Positions 37,750 through 46,845 of a DNA stretch of 62,933 nt are shown here, one piece after another. The translations under genes and the position numbers were made by a program. Numbering within the stretch: position 1 is the stretch's first letter; each line of letters begins with the position of its first letter. This DNA is from a virus. The DNA lies in IMG/VR virus record IMGVR_UViG_3300014913_001316; one strand, 5' to 3'. The notes beneath the pieces were generated by a model, which searched no databases, was not told the DNA's origin, and was given only the letters and a program-made list of their open reading frames with translations.

Positions 37750-39645
37750 TTAGAATTCTATCAACATGTAAATATCTTCATCAGTGGCATGTAAATCCTC
37801 TACTACATTGCCCACGTTTAGTATTTCAAACTTCCAATAAAGTGTCTCGCCTGGTTGCCATTCACTACCCTTCACCGTGCTAATGTCTATCTTACTCGTA
37901 TTCCCATCAGAGCCAACACTCCAGCTCTGCCAGCTCCCACTCATATTACTCCACACCCGAATATTGTTCGCAACAGATATATCACCAATGTCCTCGAAAT
38001 GCCATGTAACGTTCTTGATATCCCTATCGTTCATGTTTTTGAAACTAACAACTGTGCTGTTCACATTGTTAGCATTTGGTGCTGCATCAACCCACTGTAT
38101 GCGGTTGTATGTTGTATTGAAACCAGAAACTGATTCAACATAATCTGGTGCAGAAATCATATAAATATTGTAATTCCCACGTAGGTTGTATGAACACACT
38201 ATCACAATACGATGGTCTATATATGCTATATATGGGTGTTTTATTGTTTTTCCACTGGCTGGTGTGAACAAAAGATGGGGGCTACTCCACGAACCTGTTG
38301 GGTCTGTTAATATACGATAATACATATTACCCGAAGAATTAACATATACTAATACTATCTGATTATTAACTGGGTCTTTCACAATGCTACATCCATACTC
38401 TCCGATGTCTAATTCTATATCCCCCTTGTCATTCCAGCTAACACCATCATAAACCTGCCAGTGTAAATCATCCCCTGTGTCATGATATACTAAAATAAGT
38501 TTACCGTTGAGAATTTGTGTAGATGGAAAATAATCATGGTCATATGACGATATAGACTCTATATTTGAACTATAGCTGGTAGCAAAAGGATATGTCCCAT
38601 AATACCATGTAAGAGCATTCCACCAGTTAGAAGCATAACTATAAGTATGCGAAAGAAAGGTATTCCATTTTCCATCAAAATATATAATTGATATTCCTGT
38701 TCCTTCTAAAATATCTGCATTCATATGTGTAATTGTTGTTTTTGTTTTATCAACCCATGCGTTTCCGTTCCATCGTATTGTATAATAATATGCCCAATCA
38801 CTATTACTATAGTCGTCAGCATATGCAATGTGTGGAGAATTGTTATAAATATATAAGTATGCATCTCTCGTCATTACCTTGTATCCACTACCCCATACAT
38901 TTCTCACATCTGGGTCGGCAGTGAGTTTGTTTTTAATAGCAAAAGCAGTCCCAGCAGTATCATGTATTGTATATAACGCATAGCTATCGTAATCAAGCCA
39001 TGCAATCCAATAATCGTTGGTGCTGTTTTTTAGAATAGAAGGATAATAATAATTATATGAGTCGTTTACAGCAACTGCATGCTCTTTACCAAATACATAC
39101 TCAGTAGTAAAACTATACACGAACTCTGTATCACTACCATCATTAGCAGTAATATTAAACCAGTATTTAGTCCAACTACCAGTCCAACTACTAACGAGGA
39201 AACTACTCGTATTATGATAACTAACGCCACCAAGAGAACCACTACTATAAATTGAAGACCAGCTACCAGATGCGTTAGTATAAATATCCACACTCTGCAG
39301 ATTTCCATCGCTATCGCTGACATTAACCGTGAGATACACACCCTCACCAGGAATAACATCTACAAACTGCTCACCATTACTAATACTACTATACGCTACA
39401 ACCGGAGAAGCAGCTCTACTTACGGGTGTTATAAACGTTAAAACACTAAACAACAACAATATAGAAACAGCCACAGGAACTGCTTTCTTCAACACAGAAG
39501 GAAACCTGAAAGTAAACTGTTTTTTAATGGGTTTCTTCTTTGAAGGTGCTGGGCTGTTTGCTGCCCGCATCAACTCCATAAACTGCTCTTTATCAATATA
39601 CCCTTCTCTAAGGAGAGCTATATACTCTCTTTTTTCTTCATCCAT
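37750..39645 (-). CDS. Adhesin paralogue B (SHOCT-like leader; most divergent central propeller)
   Basis: LLREGYIDKEQF leader; constant N and C blocks shared with A and C. Confidence 0.8.
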   Translation of the reverse strand: MDEEKREYIALLREGYIDKEQFMELMRAANSPAPSKKKPIKKQFTFRFPSVLKKAVPVAVSILLLFSVLTFITPVSRAASPVVAYSSISNGEQFVDVIPGEGVYLTVNVSDSDGNLQSVDIYTNASGSWSSIYSSGSLGGVSYHNTSSFLVSSWTGSWTKYWFNITANDGSDTEFVYSFTTEYVFGKEHAVAVNDSYNYYYPSILKNSTNDYWIAWLDYDSYALYTIHDTAGTAFAIKNKLTADPDVRNVWGSGYKVMTRDAYLYIYNNSPHIAYADDYSNSDWAYYYTIRWNGNAWVDKTKTTITHMNADILEGTGISIIYFDGKWNTFLSHTYSYASNWWNALTWYYGTYPFATSYSSNIESISSYDHDYFPSTQILNGKLILVYHDTGDDLHWQVYDGVSWNDKGDIELDIGEYGCSIVKDPVNNQIVLVYVNSSGNMYYRILTDPTGSWSSPHLLFTPASGKTIKHPYIAYIDHRIVIVCSYNLRGNYNIYMISAPDYVESVSGFNTTYNRIQWVDAAPNANNVNSTVVSFKNMNDRDIKNVTWHFEDIGDISVANNIRVWSNMSGSWQSWSVGSDGNTSKIDISTVKGSEWQPGETLYWKFEILNVGNVVEDLHATDEDIYMLIEF

Positions 39646-39664
39646 TTTTTATTTTGCCTCCTTT

Positions 39665-41551
39665 TTAGAATTCTATTAGCATGTAAATGTCTTCATCAGT
39701 AGCATGTAGTGTCTCTGCAACGCTACCCACGTTTAGTATTTCAAACTTCCAATAAAGTGTCTCACCAGGACTCCATTCACTGCCTTTAACCGCACTAATA
39801 TCTATCTTACTCGTATTCCCATCAGAGCCAACACTCCAGCTCTGCCAGCTACCACTCATATTACTCCACACACGAACATTGTTCGCAACAGTTATATCAC
39901 CAATGTCCTCGAAATGCCATGTAACGTTCTTGATATCCCTATCGTTCATGTTTTTAAAACTAACAACTGTGCTGTTCACATTGTTAGCATTTGGTGCTGC
40001 ATCAACCCACTGGATACGATGCAACGTAGTGTTAAAACCACTCTCATAGACATACTCTGGAGAAGCAATATAATAGACATTCCAGTTTCCACGAAGGTTA
40101 TAACTAAAGGTTACAATAACACGACCATCAACATACTCTGCATTGAGATACTGTATATCTTTACCATTCATTGGTGTGAAAACCGTGTAGTTTGTACTCC
40201 AGCTACTGCCATCATACACCCTGTATCTTAACACGTTTGAACCATTAATGTAGAACAAGACTAGGTTGTCATTCCGTATATCATGCACAACTGCACAACC
40301 ACCAGTATCAATATCCAATGCTAGCTTGCCCTGGTCAGTCCAACTTGCTCCATCATATGTCCACCAATGCAGGTCATCATCACCTTGGTCACCATTATAA
40401 TATGCATACTTATGCCATACACAGTGCAGTAATCCTTTATAGATAGCAAGAGAAGGATAAGGGTAAGCAGAAAAACCTGCTCCTGCTGTTGAATATATTT
40501 TTTCGCTTTTTAGTAATGTGCCAGCAGTATGCGGCGAAGAAGAAGAATATGTAGACATATATGCGGCATAACCAGAAATTACTGCCCCTGTGGCTATTTG
40601 CCATTTACCATCGTAGTATTTAACGTCAGCGCCATAAGCATAAATAGTACGACCACTGTATTTTTGCCGTATTCCCGTGCTACCTGTATGCCAACTACTG
40701 CCATCATAATAAGCATAGCGGAGATAGTTATCATAGTAATAGTAAACATGAGGCATGTTGTTGTAAACGAAACTGTTATAAACAGGTCCACCGCTTGTAA
40801 CACTTTCTGGTGATAACAAGACTGTTTTAGAAAGGTCATCAGACCGTGTACATTTAACACCATTTATATCACTCCAGATGTAGTAATCATTTGTATCATT
40901 CTTTAGAATAACAGCTCGGTTAATGGTTACAGTATCGTTCAACATTATAAGACGGGGTTGCCCCCATACATATTCGGTAGTAAAACTATACACGAACTCT
41001 GTATCACTACCATCATTAGCAGTAATATTAAACCAGTATTTAGTCCAACTACCAGTCCACTCGCTAACAAGGAAACTACTCGTGTTATGATAACTAACGC
41101 CACCTAAAGCACCACTGCTATAAATTGAAGACCAGCTACCAGATGCGTTAGTATAAATATCTACACTCTGTAGATTTCCATCGCTATCGCTAACATTAAC
41201 CGTGAGATACACACCCTCACCAGGTATAACATCTACAAACTGTTCACCATCAGTAATACTACTATACGCCACTACTGGGGATGCAGCTCTGCTTATGGGT
41301 GTTATAAACGTTAAAACACTAAACAACAACAACACAACAACAGCCACAGGAACTGCTTTCTTCAACACAGAAGGAAACCTGAAAGTAAACTGTTTTTGTT
41401 TTTTAGGTTGTTTGGGAACAGTTTGAGCTGATGTGTTCAACTGTTCCATGAGACGCATAAATTCTTCTTTAGTGATGTAGCCTTCTTTAAGAAGAGAAAT
41501 GTATTTGTCTTCTCTCCTCTCAATTATTTCTTCTTTCATATCTTCCTCCAA
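39665..41551 (-). CDS. Adhesin paralogue C (SHOCT-like leader; propeller similar to A with different loops)
   Basis: LLKEGYITKEEF leader; constant blocks shared with A and B. Confidence 0.8.
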   Translation of the reverse strand: MEEDMKEEIIERREDKYISLLKEGYITKEEFMRLMEQLNTSAQTVPKQPKKQKQFTFRFPSVLKKAVPVAVVVLLLFSVLTFITPISRAASPVVAYSSITDGEQFVDVIPGEGVYLTVNVSDSDGNLQSVDIYTNASGSWSSIYSSGALGGVSYHNTSSFLVSEWTGSWTKYWFNITANDGSDTEFVYSFTTEYVWGQPRLIMLNDTVTINRAVILKNDTNDYYIWSDINGVKCTRSDDLSKTVLLSPESVTSGGPVYNSFVYNNMPHVYYYYDNYLRYAYYDGSSWHTGSTGIRQKYSGRTIYAYGADVKYYDGKWQIATGAVISGYAAYMSTYSSSSPHTAGTLLKSEKIYSTAGAGFSAYPYPSLAIYKGLLHCVWHKYAYYNGDQGDDDLHWWTYDGASWTDQGKLALDIDTGGCAVVHDIRNDNLVLFYINGSNVLRYRVYDGSSWSTNYTVFTPMNGKDIQYLNAEYVDGRVIVTFSYNLRGNWNVYYIASPEYVYESGFNTTLHRIQWVDAAPNANNVNSTVVSFKNMNDRDIKNVTWHFEDIGDITVANNVRVWSNMSGSWQSWSVGSDGNTSKIDISAVKGSEWSPGETLYWKFEILNVGSVAETLHATDEDIYMLIEF

Positions 41552-41575
41552 ACCTTAATAGGTTTTATTGTTTTT

Positions 41576-42034
41576 TTATGTTACTATATTTGTGAAACTC
41601 TCTGTAACCCATCTCCCTAAAGGGTTACGAGGGGCTATTCCTATCACTACACCTACAACTTGTTGTTTTGATACAAGGGTGTCAAACCCTGTGTTGTAGT
41701 CTCCTTTTACAAGGTATTCATTGTTTCTGATAGATATAATTCTATGTCCTATGAGTGTATCATCTTTGGAGTAGATTAGTATGTCTCCCACTCGTGGGTT
41801 GAAACATGGGCTGTTTTTTGATAGTATAACGAGGATGTCGCCGTTTTGTATAGTAGGTTGCATACTATAGCCTATTGCTTTACTTGTGAAGACATAGTTT
41901 TTATTTTCATTTATTAAATATAGTAATGGGAAATCTACAGAGAATATTAAAATAGTACATAAGAGGATTATTATGGTTGTGATGATGATTTTGTTATCCT
42001 CTATAATGTTCACCTCAGCTCGTTTTTCAGACAA
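41576..42034 (-). CDS. Signal peptidase I, ER/archaeal Sec11/SipW type (S26B)
   Basis: N-terminal TM, GYSMQPTIQNGDIL (Ser), GDILIY, GHRI (His), KGDYN (Asp). Confidence 0.9.
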   Translation of the reverse strand: MSEKRAEVNIIEDNKIIITTIIILLCTILIFSVDFPLLYLINENKNYVFTSKAIGYSMQPTIQNGDILVILSKNSPCFNPRVGDILIYSKDDTLIGHRIISIRNNEYLVKGDYNTGFDTLVSKQQVVGVVIGIAPRNPLGRWVTESFTNIVT

Positions 42035-42381
42035 TTAAAAACTGTTGAGTAGAAAGAAAGTATTACTATAACTTGTAGGATTGTTACAACAAAATCATAT
42101 ACTGTTATGTTGGAGATGAATATGTAAACTATGAAAATTATTACTCCGAGTAGTAAAGGTTTTGTATCTGTTTTGTCAAACTCTTGTTTTATAATTGTTT
42201 TAGCTATGATACGGATGAATAATACTGCTACGGCGTAGAGTATTGTGTAGTTTACAAACCAGGGGTAAAAGTTTTCTGGTTTTTCTATAACGAGTAAACA
42301 TAACAGTGCTATGAGACCTGGCAGGAGAGCTTCTGCTGTTTTTGAAAAGTCTTTTTCATACATTAGAACTCCAACCCCCAT
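42010..42381 (-). CDS. Four-TM membrane protein
   Basis: Four hydrophobic segments. Confidence 0.65.
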   Translation of the reverse strand: MGVGVLMYEKDFSKTAEALLPGLIALLCLLVIEKPENFYPWFVNYTILYAVAVLFIRIIAKTIIKQEFDKTDTKPLLLGVIIFIVYIFISNITVYDFVVTILQVIVILSFYSTVFNCLKNELR

Positions 42382-43796
42382 TCTTCTTTTTTTCTGAATA
42401 CTACTCCTACTCCTATCATTCCTGCTCCTGATGAGAGTAGTATTATATCTGGTCTACTCTGCGGTGGTGGTGTCCAGTTGTCATATTGGTTGTATAGTTC
42501 TACTGCATCTATTACTCCGTAGCCGAATTCTACATCAAACCCTTGTTTCCCTCTATCCTCTGAGTAACTATGTATTGCTCCTACCATCCGTATTGTTTCT
42601 GCTTTTTTATCAGAGAGTATGTCTGCACATACTCCTGCTAAGAATGGGCATGAACCTGATGTACCCAGTGATGCACCCCATGGGCTTTTAAGGTATATGA
42701 AATGTGTCGGTGCTGATATATCTGGTTCATCAAAACCTCCTACTCCATGTCCTATAGAGGAGTAACTAAGGATTTTGTTGTTATAAGCGTTGCATCCTGC
42801 TACTGAAAGTATGCTATTGAATGTTGCTGGATACCCTATTTCCTCGTTTTTTTCAAACCATCCGTTTCGCATGTCGTAGCCTACATCTAGTGTCCATGAA
42901 GGATTGTGTTCACCTGGGTGGGCAAAGTTTCCTGCTGCGAAACAGACTATTATGTCGTTATCCGCTACTTCTAATATTTTCCTATTAACTATGTCATCTG
43001 GTACGAAATACGTTGTTCCGAAAAACATGTACGAGTTGCTTGAAACTATCTGATATCCTGGGTATTTCTGTTTAAGTGAGAGTATCTCGTCAAAGGCTTC
43101 TACAGGGTTTTTGTTATAGTTTATAAGGTATAGTTTTGCATCTGGTGCAACCTCTGATGCTATACATGCGGTCATGATACCATGTTGTGCATTTGCATTT
43201 GTTTCTTCTGGGTAGTGTAGTATTCTATCTTGCCATGGGAAATATTGTAAAAAAACATCTTCTGGTGGGAAATCATCTATGATTGCGATGATTGTGTTGT
43301 TACCAGTAAGTCCCATGTTGAAGAGTTGTGTTACTCCTGTGGATTCAAGTGCTGTTTGCATGTTGCCATAGTCTTCTTGTATTCCTGTGGTTAGTGGTAT
43401 GTTCATATATTTTACATCTGGTATTTCCCATATACCTACTACATTTTTATCATAGGATAGTTGTGATAGTTGTGCTGGTGAGAGTTCTGCCCTGTAAACA
43501 TATGATTTATGGTATTGTGTACCTGTTTTGTAGGTTACTGTTGTTATGTCGCCTATTGGTTGACTTATAGTTAGCATTTGTGGAGTAACCTTTGCTGTTT
43601 CAACATAGAATTCTTTTGTTTCTGTTGGTTCAAAATCTGAAAGTGTAAGCATCTGCTGAGTAGACATTATTTTACTAGCAGAGTATGGGTTAGTAAAAGA
43701 CCCTGGTATGCCAGGGAATGGAAAAAAATAGATAGCAGATGCTATAAGGATGAAACCTGAAACAGCAAGTATTGTACCTATTGTTTTTGTTTTCAT
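42363..43796 (-). CDS. Double-anchored S8 subtilase
   Basis: IAIIDD (Asp), QHGIMTA (His), AAGN, LGTSGSCP (Ser), FGYGVIDA; N- and C-terminal TMs. Confidence 0.85.
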   Translation of the reverse strand: MKTKTIGTILAVSGFILIASAIYFFPFPGIPGSFTNPYSASKIMSTQQMLTLSDFEPTETKEFYVETAKVTPQMLTISQPIGDITTVTYKTGTQYHKSYVYRAELSPAQLSQLSYDKNVVGIWEIPDVKYMNIPLTTGIQEDYGNMQTALESTGVTQLFNMGLTGNNTIIAIIDDFPPEDVFLQYFPWQDRILHYPEETNANAQHGIMTACIASEVAPDAKLYLINYNKNPVEAFDEILSLKQKYPGYQIVSSNSYMFFGTTYFVPDDIVNRKILEVADNDIIVCFAAGNFAHPGEHNPSWTLDVGYDMRNGWFEKNEEIGYPATFNSILSVAGCNAYNNKILSYSSIGHGVGGFDEPDISAPTHFIYLKSPWGASLGTSGSCPFLAGVCADILSDKKAETIRMVGAIHSYSEDRGKQGFDVEFGYGVIDAVELYNQYDNWTPPPQSRPDIILLSSGAGMIGVGVVFRKKEEWGLEF

Positions 43797-43820
43797 GCAT
43801 TTATAGTCTCCTTTAATCTT

Positions 43821-44645
43821 TTATAGCATCCCTATTAGTATTCCATATCGTATTCCAGCAAGGATTGCTCCTAAAAGAGTTAACGTACCTACTGCAAGAC
43901 TACCTGCATTCATGGAGATGCTGATGCTGGGTGGTTGAACAGCTGCTTCTTGTGTGTATACGTAGAATGTTCCATCCCAGTCTGCATAATCACTTGGGTA
44001 ATCCCATTTGCTCCCATCGCTGGATTTTTGAATGATTCTACCATCAGGGTAAGGGTTTTGTGTAGATATAGCCCACATCCAGTAGTTGTTTGCATCATAA
44101 GGTGCACCTGTAGCGACCATTAATACTAGTTTCTCTCCTTTGTTTACAACCCATGGCGTACCGAATATGTATTCGCACCAGTATACTGTATTTTCTTCTG
44201 GAACATCATCAAATGTGATATATTTTTTCTTATGAAATATAGGGTATTTGTTATCTCCTATTCCGATTGCTATGTAGTCACTAGGTGTCCCTTTTCTTGC
44301 TATACCTATTCCTATTCCTGTAACATGTTTTGTTTCATCAAAAACAAGTGTCTGCCCCCATGCACGGTATTCTGCACACACGGTTAATCCTGCATCGTAT
44401 TTGTTTTGTATTACTTCTAAACCTGAACCATCAGGTGGCGATAGTAGTTTTGGTGAATCTGATAATATACCTGGGTTGAGAGTTATTTTTTCAACACCTG
44501 TTTTTGTTACCGTTATGGGTTGTTGTTTTATCGTTTTAATACTATCAGAAACAGGTGAAAAAACACTATATGTAAAGAAACAAATGCTTACTATGAGTAA
44601 TACAATACTCAGATATTTCCAATTTTTTTCTTTCATTTTAACCAC
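43821..44645 (-). CDS. Double-anchored membrane protein with beta-sandwich ectodomain
   Basis: C-terminal PPSISIS...LLGAILAGIRY, as in 20849. Confidence 0.7.
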   Translation of the reverse strand: MVKMKEKNWKYLSIVLLIVSICFFTYSVFSPVSDSIKTIKQQPITVTKTGVEKITLNPGILSDSPKLLSPPDGSGLEVIQNKYDAGLTVCAEYRAWGQTLVFDETKHVTGIGIGIARKGTPSDYIAIGIGDNKYPIFHKKKYITFDDVPEENTVYWCEYIFGTPWVVNKGEKLVLMVATGAPYDANNYWMWAISTQNPYPDGRIIQKSSDGSKWDYPSDYADWDGTFYVYTQEAAVQPPSISISMNAGSLAVGTLTLLGAILAGIRYGILIGML

Positions 44646-44829
44646 CTTTGCTGAATATGCTTTTGAATGCTATAACTGCTGCTATGAAATCATCAAACCA
44701 GCCTAGTATTGGTATGAAATCTGGTATGAAATCTATAGGAGATATGATATATAGTATCGCTAAGAATGCTATTATGTAGTTCCAGTATTTACTAATCTGT
44801 ATTTCGCCAACTATTGGTATATGTACCAT
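44638..44829 (-). CDS. DUF1232/YkvA-family small membrane protein
   Basis: YIISPIDFIPDFIPILGWFDD signature. Confidence 0.85.
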   Translation of the reverse strand: MVHIPIVGEIQISKYWNYIIAFLAILYIISPIDFIPDFIPILGWFDDFIAAVIAFKSIFSKGG

Positions 44830-44833
44830 TTTT

Positions 44834-44956
44834 TCACCTTCTTTTTTTTATTTCAGGATGACGGCAACGAGTGGTGCGGTTTCTCCCACGCCCACCACGT
44901 TTCCAGCCATACTGGCTACCGTCTTTTCTACCGAATCTGTTGTTTCTCCTATCCAT
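44834..44956 (-). CDS. 40-aa Arg/Gly-rich basic peptide (not in ORF track)
   Basis: MDRRNNRFGRKDGSQYGWKRGGRGRNRTTRCRHPEIKKRR; GAGGG SD; fills the gap in the operon. Confidence 0.7.
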   Translation of the reverse strand: MDRRNNRFGRKDGSQYGWKRGGRGRNRTTRCRHPEIKKRR

Positions 44957-44968
44957 CTTAACCCTCTT

Positions 44969-46618
44969 TTAAATAAATTTTCTACCAAATGTTACAACGC
45001 CTAAACATCCTACAACCATAACTGCACCTGTTACATATGTAACTATGTCTATACCAACTTCTGGTGGAGAAGGTTCTGAATCACAGGCATCTCCTATTCC
45101 ATCACCATCACTATCTGCTTGGTCGGGGTTATAAGTATATGGGCAGTTATCCTGGTTATCTGGTATACCATCGTTATCACTATCTTGACCAGGTGTAGAT
45201 ATAGTAACCTGTGCAGAATCAGTACCTGTTTGACCTGCATCGTCTGTAACTGTCAATGTTGCTGTGTATGAACCTGTAGAAGAAAATGATTTAGAAACAC
45301 TCTGACCATATTTTGTATCTCCATCGCTGAATGTCCATTTCCACTGGGTATATGGCGGTGTACCGCCTGTTGCTGAACCAGAGAATGTGATACTCTCACC
45401 TGGTGTACCACTGTATGGTCCACCTGCTTCAACGGTTGGACCAGATGGTGGTTGCCCGCTTTCTACCGTAAAAGATGCTGTTTTTGTAACAAGTGGGTCG
45501 CCTGGTCCTGATTCAAATGGGTTAGTTTGGAAGTTTGCATCATATGCTCCAACCCAGATTAAGTGTTTTCCTTCACAGTAGCAGTAAATCCTGCCTTTTA
45601 TTGTAGAACTACTTCCTTTACCTATCTCTGCATATGCTGTTACTTGTTCTTTTAAAGCAACTGCTCCTGACTGGTACTCCCAGCTCGTCTGGTCATGTGG
45701 TGAAGTATATCCCTCTGGAGTGTTAGAAAATGTTTTACCTGCATCGTTTTTCCAAGTTGTGATAGAGTTTGCATGGAATATAGGAAGTAATGCTACTCCC
45801 ATTGGATATGTTGTTCCAAAACCTGATAGTTGATACATGGGTTGCCCTGATGATGAGTCGTAGACTAAATTGCTACGCCAGTTGCTATTCTCTGTTACTA
45901 CTTTGTAATATTGTGTATCCCATAATGCATCTCCTGTGGTTATCGACCCGCTGTTGTCTACATCTACAAAAACTGCAATCTTTACATATGGTTTACTCCA
46001 TGCTCCTCCTCCTGTACCAACATGGAATGTTATTTCAAAGTTTAAATAATCTCCTACATGTGGATTGGATGAAAAAAACGGAAACTTGACAGATGCTTCT
46101 TGGATAGATGGGTCTATCTGTATCGGTGAGCATTCCCCGCAAGTATTCAATGTTAAAAACTGTTGAGCAAGAGTGTTATCAACTGTTACCCCGCCTGTTT
46201 CTAGTTGCAATACGGTATCTTGAAAAGCTACACCAGCTGGCACTGAACGATACATTGGTACTGCTGAGAACATTAATGTAAATGCTAACAATATAAGTAT
46301 TGCAAAAGAGACGATGCCTGTATATGGGTGTGGTTTTTCAATAAACCGTATGACTTCTTCTATATGTGATAGAGAGAGTAGTAAAACAACAAGAGATGTT
46401 AACACTGAGCCTACTGCCATTATAGGGTTTATTGTTGTACCGCCTGTGAGGAAAATCCATGCTACTCCAAACCATAACCCTGTAGTCGCCCCTATCAAAC
46501 CACATAGTATTGTGAATACTGGTCTTTCACGGTCTTGAGAAAGCACAAGCGATGCAACTACTCCTGTCATTACGCCAAAAATGCTACATAATATTATTTG
46601 TGCTGATAATATTCCCAT
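44969..46618 (-). CDS. Polytopic membrane protein with large ectodomain, PKD, thrombospondin type 3 repeat and C-TM
   Basis: About 4 N-terminal TMs; [11 protein letters not shown]; [35 protein letters not shown]. Confidence 0.8.
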   Translation of the reverse strand: MGILSAQIILCSIFGVMTGVVASLVLSQDRERPVFTILCGLIGATTGLWFGVAWIFLTGGTTINPIMAVGSVLTSLVVLLLSLSHIEEVIRFIEKPHPYTGIVSFAILILLAFTLMFSAVPMYRSVPAGVAFQDTVLQLETGGVTVDNTLAQQFLTLNTCGECSPIQIDPSIQEASVKFPFFSSNPHVGDYLNFEITFHVGTGGGAWSKPYVKIAVFVDVDNSGSITTGDALWDTQYYKVVTENSNWRSNLVYDSSSGQPMYQLSGFGTTYPMGVALLPIFHANSITTWKNDAGKTFSNTPEGYTSPHDQTSWEYQSGAVALKEQVTAYAEIGKGSSSTIKGRIYCYCEGKHLIWVGAYDANFQTNPFESGPGDPLVTKTASFTVESGQPPSGPTVEAGGPYSGTPGESITFSGSATGGTPPYTQWKWTFSDGDTKYGQSVSKSFSSTGSYTATLTVTDDAGQTGTDSAQVTISTPGQDSDNDGIPDNQDNCPYTYNPDQADSDGDGIGDACDSEPSPPEVGIDIVTYVTGAVMVVGCLGVVTFGRKFI

Positions 46619-46625
46619 TTTTTTA

Positions 46626-46844
46626 TCACCTCTTAATTATTCCACTTAATCCTTTTTTAAGCAATAGAACGCCTGCACCTGTTGCTAAAATCCCTACTCC
46701 TATTATTGCTATAGCCGTAGCGATTTTTGTGATACTCATTATGATGAACACGCCGAAAAGCAGAAACGCTATAACGATTATGATTCCACCGATTAACAGA
46801 GCCAGTGCATCATCAGCATCTTTATTAAATAATTTTTTTAACAT
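46626..46844 (-). CDS. 72-aa hydrophobic helical hairpin (candidate spindle-type capsid or envelope protein)
   Basis: Two hydrophobic helices joined by a short polar turn, basic ends. Confidence 0.6.
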   Translation of the reverse strand: MLKKLFNKDADDALALLIGGIIIVIAFLLFGVFIIMSITKIATAIAIIGVGILATGAGVLLLKKGLSGIIKR

Positions 46845-46845
46845 T

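Noticed and set aside
28011-41551. Diversity-generating retroelement acting on the adhesin paralogues
   Set aside because: No reverse transcriptase in the window; differences include indels and all base types rather than adenine-only substitutions; all copies are full genes rather than a non-coding template repeat.
28011-41551. Invertase-driven shufflon
   Set aside because: All repeats are direct and co-oriented, with no inverted recombination sites and no recognisable serine or tyrosine recombinase.
12131-44645. FSP(P/V) after the first TM as a family-defining motif
   Set aside because: A Pro at this position is also the normal helix breaker of signal-peptide c-regions (seen in 22326 and 46846), so it is not specific.
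44860-44935. Possible tRNA in a GC-richer patch
   Set aside because: No cloverleaf or T-loop GTTC motif; explained by the minus-strand Arg/Gly-rich ORF.
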